DNA of 64,000 nucleotides from Podarcis pityusensis. Its lineage: Eukaryota. Positions 37,578 to 49,651 of this stretch are shown here, one piece after another. The stretch is from NCBI GenBank assembly GCA_964106645.2, contig OZ067038.1. The stretch is one strand, 5' to 3'. The position numbers were made by a program, and so were the translations under genes. The notes below the pieces were generated by a model. It saw nothing but the letters and a program-made list of their open reading frames with translations, was not told where the DNA came from and made no database searches. How positions within the stretch are numbered: the stretch's first letter is position 1; each line of letters opens with the position of its first letter.

Positions 37578-38349
37578 ATCATTTAAGCAAGCCAAGCTTT
37601 AAATGATCAGCCATTCATTTTTAAAAAAGATTGTTTATATTGCTTTCACTTGCTTCAGTATTTAAACAGTGTTAGGACTCCCATGATGCCATCTGTTAAG
37701 AGGGAACTATCAGAAGATGCAAAGCGTAACAATTATGTTTTTATAATTTAGTTGTACTGCAGGCAATGTGATGTATTACTTTAATGAAGTTAATGCAACT
37801 TTCTTGGACAAACAAAGCAAAACTATGTGAACTCCTGCAACGTGGGGTGGGGGCAGGGCAAGATAAATCTATCCTTTTATAATGTTTTATATCTGCGCAG
37901 GGGAATCTGTGGCCCTTCATATGATGTTGGGACTCCAGCTCCCATCGGCCCAAGGTGACCTGGCCAATGGTGAGGGCCGATGAGTGTGGCAGTCCACCAA
38001 CATGGGGAGGACTGCTGGTCCCCATTACTGTAACAGTTTGGAAGTGTGAGGTACGTAATGAATATACTAGCTATATGCCCACAAGCCAGATATGTTCTGT
38101 GGCAATCGCTATTCTGACCACTGCTATCACAATTGACTGGAAGAACCCTCGTAGTATGAAGTGGTGATTCTATAATTCAGACTCGTAATGGGGGGTGTAC
38201 TGGGGGAGAACCAAGGGTGGCATTTATTCCAGATTAATTACTCCAATCTATAAGTGAAAATGATTTCTTTGCCAATAGTTTCACAGTGTCAGGTTTCCTA
38301 GTAAACTCACTTGGTATTTGATAAATCCCTCCAGTGACACAATATTTAT

Positions 38350-38520
38350 TTTCATTATGCTTCTATCCCCGCCCTTCCTCCAATGAAACGAAGGCAGTAT
38401 ACTTGGCTCCCCTCTTTTATCCTCACAGCAACCCTAAGAGGTAGACAAGGCTGAGAAATAGTGGCCTCAGTTATCCCAGTGAGTTTCATCCCTGTGTGGG
38501 GATTTGAACTAGTGCTCTAT
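38350..38520 (-). mobile_element. Old MIR/CORE-like SINE remnant
   Basis: atcctcacagcaaccct...gaggtag...ggctgaga...ggatttgaac pattern. Confidence 0.5.
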
Positions 38521-38704
38521 ACAGCAGAATATTAAAGTTGTAGCAACATTGCTTCTTTTCCTGTAACCCCCGCTTCCTCATTTTAAGTGACTTTTGTGCT
38601 CTGGAGGTGAGTTTGACCAAGAAAGAGGCAATAACAGTAGACAGATGAAAGGAATAACTTTTCACCCTTCCTGTATATACAAGACATAAAAGACGTTCAG
38701 GTAC

Positions 38705-38886
38705 CTTGAGCAATTTGCGATCTCTATCCTGGCTCCTTCACAGTCACGTCCACCACACTGAGGCTGAGGGCTGTTACACGACCGCGATCTGCACATGCAG
38801 GAGCCTGTGCTGTCACCATCCGAGTGTTCACACGGTTGCCACGGGGACCAGGCCCCCAACTGGCCATCCACCATCAGATTTTTCAC
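38705..38886 (-). CDS. SEMA5B: SEMA5B coding exon, first TSR (VKNLMVDGQLGAWSPWQPCEHSDGDSTGSCMCRSRSCNSPQPQCGGRDCEGARIEIANCSR), 182 nt
   Basis: Inside ORF 38662..38886. Acceptor ttatttaaattag, donor AG|gtacct. WxxW and RxRxC TSR motifs. Phase 0 to 2. Confidence 0.96.
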
Positions 38887-39096
38887 CTAATTTAAATAAA
38901 GAGAAGTCATCATGGTGAGTCTGTGCATCGTAAGTTGCCCATGAGGTCAAAGTTGCAGTCGAGGCAAGGAGATGTCTGAGAATCTTTCCTACCCCTCTCT
39001 AGAAAAACACAATGTCAGTACTCCCTCCACAATTCCATACTGCAGGCAGATACTCATATTTAGCATAACATAAACTAAGGAATGAGCCCTCACTAC

Positions 39097-39380
39097 CAGG
39101 GCCAGCCCTACCATTAAACAGAGAAAATCTATTCCTGCCTCAGGCAGGAGATGCTGAGGGATGGGCTGTAAGGTGGAACAAGGGACAGAGTTGTGTGTGC
39201 TTTGTGTCCTGCTCTGTACATCCCTAAACTAGCCCACCGCCCTCAGGTGTAGCAGAGAATGTTGCCAAATTGAAAGTAATATTCAACTCATTCATTCAAT
39301 CAATCAGATTCTGCATGTGAAAGGGAGAGGGTACCAGCTTGTCCCCTGCCTGAGGCAGCAAAATTTCTTAAGCCAACCAA
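39097..39380. mobile_element. Degenerate non-autonomous DNA element (related copy at ~50709-50938)
   Basis: Shared ends gccctaccatta...gcctcaggcag and gcct(c/g)aggcagcaaaat in both copies. Confidence 0.55.
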
Positions 39381-39750
39381 ATTCACTACACAGTCACTGT
39401 GTGTGCGGTACCCTAGATATAAGTAAATAAATATCCAATGAGAACAGAAGACTTAAATGAACTGCACATGTTCTTAAGGTCTGATTCTGAACTCTTCATT
39501 TCAGCTGAAATTTAAAAAGCAGTGGCAACCATTTCAGTTTGTGGCTACCACATTTCAAATCAGCATCATTTTGACCACAGCGCGACGTGTGTTGTACCAA
39601 AGTGCTTCATCTGTGCTAGATAACGTCCGCTACTCCCACAGTGCACCCCTGTGTAATGCTGTCTGCACACAATATGACGCCGCAGCTACAGAAGGTAAAA
39701 AGGATTTGATTTTGGAGATCCACACATTCCTCTTAGCAGATGCTTTTACC

Positions 39751-40075
39751 CAGGGGCAGGCAACCTAAGGCCTGGGGCCCAGATGCGGCCCAATTGCCTT
39801 CTCAATCCAGCCCGTAGACGGTCCGGGAATCAGCGTGTTTTTACATGAGTAGAATGTGTCCTTTTATTTAAAATGCATCTCTCTGGATTATTTGTGGGGC
39901 CTGCCTGGTGTTTTTACATGAGTAGAATGTGTGCTTTTATTTAAAATGCATCTCTGGGTTATTTGTGGGGCATAGGAATTCGTTCATTCCTCCCCCCAAA
40001 AAATATAGTCCGGCCTACCACATGGTCTGAGGGACGGTGGACTGGCCCACGTATGAAAAAGGTTGCTGACCCCTG
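39751..40075. mobile_element. Non-autonomous hAT element (MITE) with an internal ~66-bp tandem duplication
   Basis: TIRs caggggcaggcaacct / aggttgctgacccctg. Perfect 8-bp TSD cttttacc (39743-39750, 40076-40083). Duplicated unit at ~39835-39900 and ~39908-39971. Confidence 0.92.
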
Positions 40076-40838
40076 CTTTTACCTCTCAGGGGAAATAGCA
40101 CCATCCACAGTTGAAGCAGCAAAGCAAAGCTAGAGGGGCACTTGCCCGCAGAGCAGCTCGTCAGCTGCCACTAATAGTTGTACATGTTTATTTTTGCAGA
40201 GAGGCACTTTCTCCATCTCACAAGAGAATCAAAACACTATACCTCTTACCTGAGGCAACTCCAAAAACACACAATGAATTAGTAAGGTATTTAGGTTTAC
40301 AAATCATAAGTTTCTATCTCCAACTTCTCCGCTCCTCTCTCTTTCCGGCACAGTTTAGCACTCCCTTGGCTCTTCCTATAAGCAGCCGCCACCCCCATCT
40401 CAAGACTATGAGAACTGACATGGAAGTAATTTAGGTCTGTCGTTATGCTCATCACACTGTAGTCAGAGGACTTTAAACATCTGTTGCAAAGCTTTGTTTT
40501 CACCACACTTTAATTCAGCAGTACACAAACAATAAGCACCATGGGGGAGTCTTGTGATGAGATTTCTCCGCTCTGGATAATGCTCAGCTGGACTACTTGG
40601 CTTAGTTAGGAACATCACATATTTAAGCAAGATGAAGACAAACTGGGCAAGATTAATAGCAGAAAGATGACATGATTAAATGCTGAAGAAGCACATAATT
40701 TTCTTCTTCTTCTTCTCTGGCACAGAGGAGGATGCTAGGAGGGAAAGCCTTATTGCAGCCCTAACTCTCCCATCTCCTGTAATTAATCGGAGATGGTGCT
40801 GGCTGCCCATTTAAAGGCTGCATTAAGAGGGGAATTTT

Positions 40839-41195
40839 GGGACACGGGTGGTGCTGTGGGTTAAACCACAGAGCCTAGGACTTGCCGATCAGAAGGTTGG
40901 CGGTTCGAATCCCCATGATGGGATGAGCTCCCGTTGCTTGGTCCCTGCTCCTGCCAACCTAGCAGTTCAAAAGCACGCCAAAGTGCAAGTAGATAAATAG
41001 GCACCACTCCGGCGGGAAGGTAAACAGCGTTTCCGTGCGCTGCTCTGGTTCGCCAGAAGCAGCTTAGTCATGCTGGCCACATGACCTGGAAGCTGTACGC
41101 CGGCTCCCTCGGCCAATAAAGCGAGATGAGTGCTGCAACCCCAGAGTCGGCCACGACTGGACCTAATGGTCAGAGGTCCCTTTACCTTTACCTTT
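40839..41195 (+). mobile_element. Full-length Sauria SINE
   Basis: tRNA-derived head with B box GGTTCGAATCC, typical body, (ACCTTT)n tail, and TSD (tt)aagaggggaatttt at 40823-40838 and 41194-41209. Confidence 0.93.
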
Positions 41196-42063
41196 AAGAG
41201 GGGAATTTTAGGAAATTCACAGATCATAGGTCTTACTACTCACAGTGACAATATGCTACCTCCAGTTTCGGAGGCAGCACACCACTGAATACCAGTTCCT
41301 GGGAGATCAGATGAGGAGGGCAATTACTTTCAGGCTTTGCTTGTGGGGTTTTCAACAACCATCATGTTGGCCACTGTGGGAAGCAAGATTCTGGGCTAAG
41401 TGAACTCTTGGTCTGAACCAGAAGGGTTCTTCTTTTTGTTCTCAGAAAATAAGCAGGTCAGAATTAATAAAGTAATGGAGAACTGTCCTGTGTAATTTAG
41501 CCCTCTTCTAAAATTGTGAACTTTCATGTGTAGAGAAGCTTCTGATTTTCCTATGTTTGGGATTTTTCACCAGATTTTAGCAGGTCCAATTTACTCTCCT
41601 GGTTATGGATCACTCCATACCTTCTGTTATTTTTTCCAGCTTGCATTTATTGAATTTGAAGAGATGATAAGTGCACAAGTAGCAGAAGTAGTAGTTTTGT
41701 TTTTAAAAAAAGCTTATTTACTGGTCTTTGAAATCTATTGTGATAAACGTATGACAACCTGTGCACGTCACACTTTTTCTGCAATCAAGAGAAACTGACA
41801 GGGCTTCTAGGAAGCCTTGCCAATTTCACCACTATCATTTGTATACACACACACACCTGAAGTGTTGTGGCATGCACCTGTGGTGGTGCATGAACATGAC
41901 CTTTTGAAGAAACAAAGTGCTCTTTGTCTTGGAAGGCTGTTTGGGCAAGGGAGGTGACCCAGCTGCTTCCTTGAGGCAGACAACAACCAATGAGCCTGTC
42001 ACCACAAACAAAAGAAGGAGATCCATGCATGGAAGAAGGATTTTGTCTGTATATCATTTATTG

Positions 42064-42182
42064 CAGGCACAGGCAAACTCGGTCCTCCAGATGTTTTGGG
42101 ACTACAACTCCCATCATCCCTAGCTAACAGGACCAGTGTTGTAGTCCCAAAACATCTTTAGAGCCGAGTTTGCCTATGCCTG
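42064..42182. mobile_element. Palindromic hAT-type MITE
   Basis: caggcacaggcaaactcgg...ccgagtttgcctatgcctg, near-palindromic, with perfect 8-bp TSD atttattg. Confidence 0.9.
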
Positions 42183-42569
42183 ATTTATTGGATCAAGAAC
42201 CGTCAAATGTAAATTAGAGGCACATAAATCTCAAACACCAAAGTGGCGCTTCAGAGTCATTGATATATGAGCACATATGTGAGAAAGCCGCTCAAAATAT
42301 TACAGCAGGAGGTTTTGTAGTATACTATTTATTGGCACTATTAGAAGTACTTGAACCAATCCTGTCATGCGACTAGGTAGACAAAGCTATAGCACACCTC
42401 CAATCAACTTATTTGTGGCAAGGCAAATAAGTTACTTGTGCACATTATTACATATTAACACCATGTTTTCAATTTCTCCTAAATTCAGCAATCTGTTTTA
42501 ACAAGGAGAGAAGAGACAGAGGGCTGGAATTCATGGAACCGGGTGGATTGTGGGACAGGTGGGAACACA

Positions 42570-42737
42570 GGAGTCAGACCACCAGGTCCATCAAGTTGGG
42601 TATTGTCTACTCCTGACTAGCAGTAGCTCTTCGGGGCTTCAGGCAAAGTTTGCTCCCAGCCCTTCCTGGAGATGCTGAGCACTGAACCTGGGACCTTCCA
42701 CTTGCTAAGCAGATAATCCGTCACTGAGCTATGGCTA
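42570..42737 (-). mobile_element. Squamate tRNA-derived SINE (Squam3-like); degenerate + strand copy at ~54010-54128
   Basis: Minus strand begins gccatagctcagtg (A box) ...gtcccaggttcagt (B box-like), followed by a body ending gatggacc..tggtctgactc. Confidence 0.7.
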
Positions 42738-45700
42738 TTCGAATTTCCATTGCACTCACATGTTTTTCCCATCTGCAAAGAGTTCACTTGCATTCTCAAA
42801 AGTCTAGCACTGGTCATTCAGCCTCCTGAGCATTCTCCACTGATGTGAACAGGGAACTGGGCTCATGCACAAAATCTGCACCAATGATTGCAAAGCAAAT
42901 CCGGATCAGGAAAACAAGAGCTTTTATAAAGATACCAAGCTACTTTGAAATATTTCGGCTTTATTTGCTTTAAGATAAGAAGCGGGGCACAGTTAAAGAT
43001 GTAACTCTAAGTCCAGATGTGTTCACTTTAATTAAAACAAATCTTTTTTTTCTTAGCTTTTATTTAGGCAAAATGCTTGCTGGGTTTTGTTTTCTTTTTT
43101 AGGAAGTTTTGCTTTATGCTGGATGCTGTTCAGAACAGGCTGTTGCAGCCTGCACGGACCCTCTGATCCAGCAGAGCTGTTCTCATGTACTTTGCTCAGA
43201 AATCAAGGACATAATTTGGCGTAGTGCTTTAATTAAGAAGCACAGAAAGAAAAAGAAAAAGAAAAATACCAGGGAACCCGAGAAACAATTATTGGATCGT
43301 AGCTGGCATAGAGAAAGCAACCACATTTTAATTAAACAAACATGGAAAATTTCAAAACAAATCAATTTTACATGCGGAAACCTTATTTATTACCCACCAC
43401 CACCACCTTGAACAACATATGGATTATAATTTCAGCCTTCGGTTTGTAGCAATTTCTTTAGAATAAATTGTTTAGGATTCCGATTAAGAAAATATGCACT
43501 GATCTAGTCAGAAAACAACCCTCCTTAGTGGCTTCTCTGTAGTTCATGCATTGCCAACCAGGTTTTTTTAAAAAAAAAAGAGTTGGGGAGAGATTTAAAC
43601 ACCATCTTTAATAGAATTAATTTCTGAAGCCTTGATCCAAGTAATAGAATCCTCCATTAATCACAGCTGGCTATGTCTTTTATGAAGAATAAGAGCCAAT
43701 TCCTGCATGCTACTCAAAGCATAAATTCCTAATGGATCTCAGAAAACTGCCTCACAGAGAAAGGATCTAAAACAAGAATAACAATTTATTTTTCAAAAGA
43801 AACAAAACATTAAAGACAGTATCACTTCAGAGATATGGATCGGTCACTAGAAAAGCTATTTGAAAAGGTGAGACACCCCTTGCTCTTCAAGTTCAACGCT
43901 TCTTGTCCAAAACCTTCATCTTGCTGCTCCCATGGTTACAACAATCCTCCCATGTACATTCCTATATTTTCAGCCAACATCACTGCCACAGTGCAGCCTG
44001 GACTCCCAAGAGTGTCCTCTTATGACTTCCCTCCCTTAGTGTCTAATTGGAAGTAGCAGCAAAAGGGCCCTATAAAAAGAATTTATGAGGCTGCACTAAT
44101 ACACACATTTTCCCCTACAGGCAGAAATATTGCTTTGCTTTATCCTATTTCTCTTCACAAAATGGTACAGGGAAATGAAAAATGAGTCAAGGAAATATAC
44201 TCTTCTTTTCCGGAGAGGGGAGGAAACCCCCTGTGTGCACCTCATTTTTCAGATTTGTGGTGAAAAGGAAACAGCTAAAACTTTTATTTTCTCCATGGAA
44301 TTAAGAAGGCTTAATTTCACATGGTCCGAAAAAAGAAGCCCAAAGCCTGCCCCTGATCGCTTCCAGAATACAGTGGCGGGGCGGGGGGAGATGACCCAAT
44401 ATAAGAATTGGGGTAATAAAGTTACTTCTGGATATCCTAAAGCATGGGTGTCACCTTCCAGATGTCGCTGGGCTCCAGCTCCCAAAAAAGCACAGGCAAT
44501 TGTCAATATGATATGAAAACCTTCATTGTGTGTGGCGGCAGGGTTAGGGGGTGGACTGGAGCAAAAGCTAGTTAAATAATGAACTACTAGCAAGAAATGC
44601 AAGCTACTAAGAATATTAACACATCTGTTCCTCTTATTTTCTCCCTTCTCACTCACCCCTGCTGGGGAGGTAGATGGGAGGATGACTATACTACATCCTG
44701 CCATTATTTACTCCAAGGTAGTTGCCTCCTGTATCCATGTTACCTTAGAGCAGCAGGTAGCAGACTTTGACAGAGTGAACCTGTATAATTAAAAAACAGC
44801 AGCAACAACAACAACTCTAGAAGTCTCCTCAAGTGTAACATTAAGACACAATAGACAGGCTCTTTTTCCTGGCAGCGTTAGTGTATGCCTTCAACCTAAA
44901 GGCAAGCAGCTCATAGGAGGAGAGTGGGCTCACTGCCACAGCAGATTACAGAAATGTAAATTTCTTGCAGAAGGATTAGGTTACACCATTGAGCTTCCCA
45001 CTGATTCTTGGCACAAGTGATGGAGCATGGTGCTTCCCTTTACTGTATGGAGGAGATGGGGCTAGCATAGCTTGACACTCTTCATTCTTGCCCAGTGCAG
45101 ATAAGACATGGCAGGTCAAAGTAAATGTATAACATGCAGCTTGGCCCTGGAAGAAGGGGTAGAAGGGCAAGAGAAAACTATTCTTTTGTATCAACCTTAA
45201 GCTCCTAGAGAACACCTGGAGAACCACTGACATAAAGTTAGCGGCCGCTAACTTTTGATACCACAACCAAGAATGAAAACTCACGTAGAAGTTGTGAGTT
45301 TTCTGACTGTGACACAATGTCCCACCTCATTTGTTTTGCAGAGGACCTAAGTGGAAGACCAGAGAAGGCTCTCAAGGCACAGTACGCAGGGAGACTGCTG
45401 AAGCTGAACTGGTGTGGCTCTGTGGACTGCCTCAACGGAGACCACCTGGGAGCCCCACATATGCTGCTCTGAGTTCTTTGGAGAAAGAGGAGGGAAGAAG
45501 TGTAATAAATGAGTCATTATTACCCAAGCTGAAAGCCTAAAGTGCATTGGAGTCGCAGGCATCTTGCAGGGGAAGACCGTACTGGAGAGCATATGCTACA
45601 CCCAGCAGCCCTTTGCTTCCCTTTACACAACAGTCAGGCTGGCCATGTGCCCTGCATACACCTCCAAGTTACAACCATAACAACAAACTTCAGCAGCTGC

Positions 45701-46206
45701 AATACCACCCGGACTTCCCCTTCCTTTGACCACAGTCTTCCTTACAGCAGCATTAAGTAATTCGCCACCTGCTGATGGTTAAAGCGATAGCCACATACCG
45801 TGCACATCAGCACTATTAAATTAAGTCATAATGTGCTTTGAAGTGATCCATGAAGACTGCCAGTTGGTGTGTTAATGGCCGCTAAAGGTGCCTTTACGGC
45901 TGCTGCCCAGGCTGTGCAATGTAAAGGGGAAGCAAGGGGAGCTGCATTAAGATGGCCCTAATTGGAATGAATGCTGTGGCCTGTATTGCTGCATCGCGCA
46001 CACACATCTATGACTGCTGTAGAGCCTTTAATAACCTACTGTCCCATCTCCCCCTCCCCACCCCCTGTATGTCAACAGGTTCCCCATTCCTCCTCTGCAC
46101 TGTTAAGAGGTAAGAAAAAGACAGCACTAGTGACATGTTTGATGCACAAGGCTTGTAAGAGATGTGCACTACTGTTTCTCTTCTTCTTCTTCATCATCAT
46201 CATCGA

Positions 46207-46760
46207 TTTTATTTATACCCCGCCCTCCCTGGCCAAAACCGGGCTCAGAGCAGCTAACATCAAATATATAACATATTAATATAAAATCAGGCAATCAATT
46301 AAAATACATCCTAAAATCAAATCAGAATCAAAGTGAAATCCAATCAGATGGCAACCCGCAAATTAGGGTTGGGGACCTTAAATGCTCACCGGTCTATTTG
46401 TACTGATCTTACATGAGCCTGTGAGGAAAGTTGGGGGCCACTTTCATGCAAGTTCTTATAAGGAGAGAGGGGGAGTCAGACTAGACCCCGGCCAAAGGCC
46501 TGGAGGAACAGCTCCATCTTGCAGGCCCTGCAGAAAGATGTCAGATCTCGCAGGGCCCTGGTCTCCTGTGGCAGAGCATTCCACAGGTTGGGGCCACGGC
46601 TGAAAAGTCCTCGGCTCTGGTTGAGGCCAGTCTAATCTCCTTGAGGCCCAGGACCTCTAAGATTATTTTTGGATCATAAGGTCCTCCAACCAGGAGAGGC
46701 AATCCCATAGGTACAAGGGTCCTAGGCCATATATGCAACTTACATTTGAAAGCCACTCAT
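46207..46760 (-). mobile_element. L2-clade LINE 3' end
   Basis: tttatttataccccgccc tail, gagcattccacagg...gccacggctgaaaa (RAFS.VAP.LWN.LP motif on minus), and adjacent (TTC)n(ATC)n. An older similar relic lies at ~34040-34300. Confidence 0.75.
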
Positions 46761-48837
46761 GATTATACACCTGACTCATACATTGACTTTCCGGCATAAG
46801 CTTTCTGTTGATCCAGTCCCACACACTTTGGTAACCTATCAAAATAGTCAGTGTCATACGAAAGAAGGCAACAACAGCACCATGACTGGTGGACTGTGAG
46901 GCCCAAGTCTGGGGCCCTGCACACCTTGGGGTGTCCCATAGTCACTGGCAGATGACAGTGTGGTGGGAAACTGGAGTATTGTTAGCTCTTGGGTGGTTAT
47001 TCTGAGGCTGATGTCTGCCAGTCACTGCAATTTCCCTTTTTCTTCCTTTAAGGAAACCAACAACAACATTCAGTTGGGCATGCAATCAGGGAAGCACTGG
47101 CAGAGCTTCCGGTGCACCAAACATCTTCTTTTCCCACACTGTAGTGAAATGAAGGTGATGTGTTGTTCTGGGGGTGTTGGGAGTGGCTGAAGCTGCAGCA
47201 CTTCACTGGGCAGAACATAAAGCTGAATGTTTTGTTTTGTTTTTTTAAGAGATAATAACACAAGGATCCCTGCTCTTCCTTGCTATGGCCTTGTGAAGTG
47301 GGAGGAGAGGAACAGAGTGACCAAAGTAGCAGGGGAGGAGGAGAAAGCAGGTGGAATGGCAGTGTGGGAAAGCAGGATCAGGATGGTGGCCAGGACGGCA
47401 AAGCAGAGCTCCTGAACAAAGAAGCCATGTGGCAAGTGTAAGCTATGGAACTCTCTCCTATAGGAAGCAGTGATGGCCCAATAAGTTAATCCATAGCTAC
47501 TAGCCATGATGCTTTTGCCTCTGTGGTCAGAGGTGGTATGATTTTGAATACCCGTTGCTGGAAACCACAGGAGGGGAGACTGCTCTTGTGCTCAGGTCCT
47601 GCTTGTGGGTTTGGCCACTGTGTTCTTTTTATGTTTTTTAAGGCACTTTTTATGCTCTTATGAGTACAACGACATGGCTGCTACCCTTCACACCAGCACA
47701 GCCAACCTCTGGCACCAGATGGTAGCCATGGTAATGGACGAAAACACAAGATCACAACCATCCAGCATCATTTCCCCACATCAGGGGTGTGAAAACAGAC
47801 CGTAGGGAAGGGTTGTGCATTTTAAAGAAGAGAAACGTATGAACTAAGCTATAATCATTCACTGCCTGATGTGGCAAGAGCACAATTTCTTGAGCCAGTG
47901 ATGCTCCAGTTAACTTTTTTCAGCATGCATCTCTAGGATTCCTCTCTCCAAGATATGGTGCACAATAACAACTAAACTTCTAAATCGTCTGCATATTAAA
48001 CATAAACCTCCCCATCACTGGTTTCATTTCTAAAACTCAAAGGAGTCATGAGGAGCCATTTTCAGCAGTTTTCAAAGACCTTGAAACAATGATAGTGAGA
48101 GGAGCTGGAAGGCTCCCCACGTGGCCAGGCCAGACATTTTCCAAGTAGAGGATTAACACTTCACACACCTATCAACAGGCAGAGGCATTAAGCTGAAGGA
48201 GATAACAGCATGTGCAGTCAAGAAGCACTATATCCCAAGAACAGCACAGGAAGGTTATAAACAGGCAATCCCTTAAAACCAGCTTTGGCGGGGTGGGGAA
48301 AAGAAAACGTAAGCTTGCCAAGTAGAGGATGGATTGAAGGAATGACTAATGCTCTCTAGGGGGGAAAAATGAGCTTGGGAACCAAGAATGATAAGAAAAA
48401 TAAACATCCCAGCATTGCAACTTAAAATCTAACTGGCATGATGCAGATATAACCCTCTGCAACCTTAGTTATATATTGCCTCAGCGTGCTAAGCTGCATC
48501 ATGGCAGAAAGTAACATTATTAAAAAGGGGGGAGTGCACTTGGGTAAGCCTACATGCACCTCCCTTCTACCTTGGAGATCTGGTTCAAGGTACAAAAAAT
48601 GCGAACGCATTTCATCACAATGGCTTTGCCATCTCAACACTTCATCTAAATTTCAAATGACCAAGCCACAGAGAGCCAACATGCTGCCCTCTAGATGTTG
48701 TTGGACTACAACTGCCATCAGCCCCAGCTAGCTTGGCTAATGATGATAAAGGATGGGAGTTGAACACATCTGGAAGACACCACTTTGGCTACCCTTGAGC
48801 AAGACTTCCATGCAAAAATTGCTATTGCATAAACAGC

Positions 48838-48980
48838 AGCTGCAGATACGCTTAAAGGAGCATACACTTTCCCCAAAGAATCATGGGAACCGCAGTTTGC
48901 CCCTCACAGAGCTACAATTCCCAGCACCCTTAACAAACCAAAGTGGCAGGATTCTTTGGGGGGAAATAATGTACTTTAAA
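48838..48980. mobile_element. Degenerate MITE with internal inverted repeats
   Basis: ccccaaagaatc...gattctttgggg inverted arms; gctgca / tgcagcc ends. Confidence 0.55.
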
Positions 48981-49533
48981 TATACAGGGTGTGTGCAGCC
49001 ATAATCCATTTTCATACCTTTAGCCTTACACCAATTGCAGTTCCCAGGAGAGAGGGAGCCATGATATATGGATGAGTGGTTGACAAAGAAATCATACAAA
49101 CCATGGTAGTATTAATTTGTTGCCCCTGCCCAACACCATGGGAATCATGCATATCAGACAGGCGACAGGGCTTCCCTCCATACCTGTGCCATCAAACCTC
49201 GTGAAAGTGTGCCCTTGGAACACATTGAGACATCAGCTGCCTGGCCTGCACATTTACAAACTTCACCACTGCAGTGTGGGAAACAACTTCATAGATTTAT
49301 TTAGTCTTACGTTTATATTCCACATTTCTTCCATTGTGGAACTCCAGGAAGCCTCCCAACCTGTAGGTCTCCCAGCCTGGCACTGATCTGATTCAAACCA
49401 TTTTAGCTTCCACAAGGCGGTGGTCTCATGTGCCTTCAGCACATCCTGAGGTGTGCAGCAACTGTTCAAATTTATCAACCCCAAATAACATTTGTCATAC
49501 ATTTATCCATTACTGGTTTAACCTTCCACTTAC

Positions 49534-49651
49534 AGGACACTCGGTAATATTCTGACTCCACAGGCTCATATTGGAGCTGTCCTCAATGGTGGTGCAACGC
49601 TTCTGCTTCCTATCCCAGCCGCAGTATGGGTCCCTTGCTCCCAGGCACTCA
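49534..49651 (-). CDS. SEMA5B: SEMA5B coding exon, PSI domain C-terminal part (ECLGARDPYCGWDRKQKRCTTIEDSSNMSLWSQNITECP); first exon in the window, 118 nt
   Basis: Hand translation (absent from the ORF track). Acceptor tttctcttcccctacacag, donor CCT|gtaagt. PSI motif CLGARDPYCGWD matches class-5 semaphorins. Phase 2 to 0. Confidence 0.96.

Noticed and set aside
39835-39971. CRISPR-like or other repeat array
   Set aside because: Only a two-copy duplication inside a hAT MITE in a eukaryotic genome.
40839-40915. tRNA gene
   Set aside because: The A/B boxes belong to a SINE head (also at 42660-42737); there is no full cloverleaf and the SINE body follows.
45274-45310. Possible 18-nt microexon (KTHNFY) with a gtgagt donor
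   Set aside because: No polypyrimidine tract, and the site sits within a 10-bp local palindrome (gaaaactcac...gtgagttttc); likely chance.
10154-49651. Assignment as SEMA5A or another TSR protein (ADAMTS, ADGRB, UNC5)
   Set aside because: The PSI + TSR + TM layout and the tail (QRQSQEST...TPKNEKYTPMEFKTLNKNNLIPDDR.NFYPLQQTNVYTTTYYPS) match SEMA5B.
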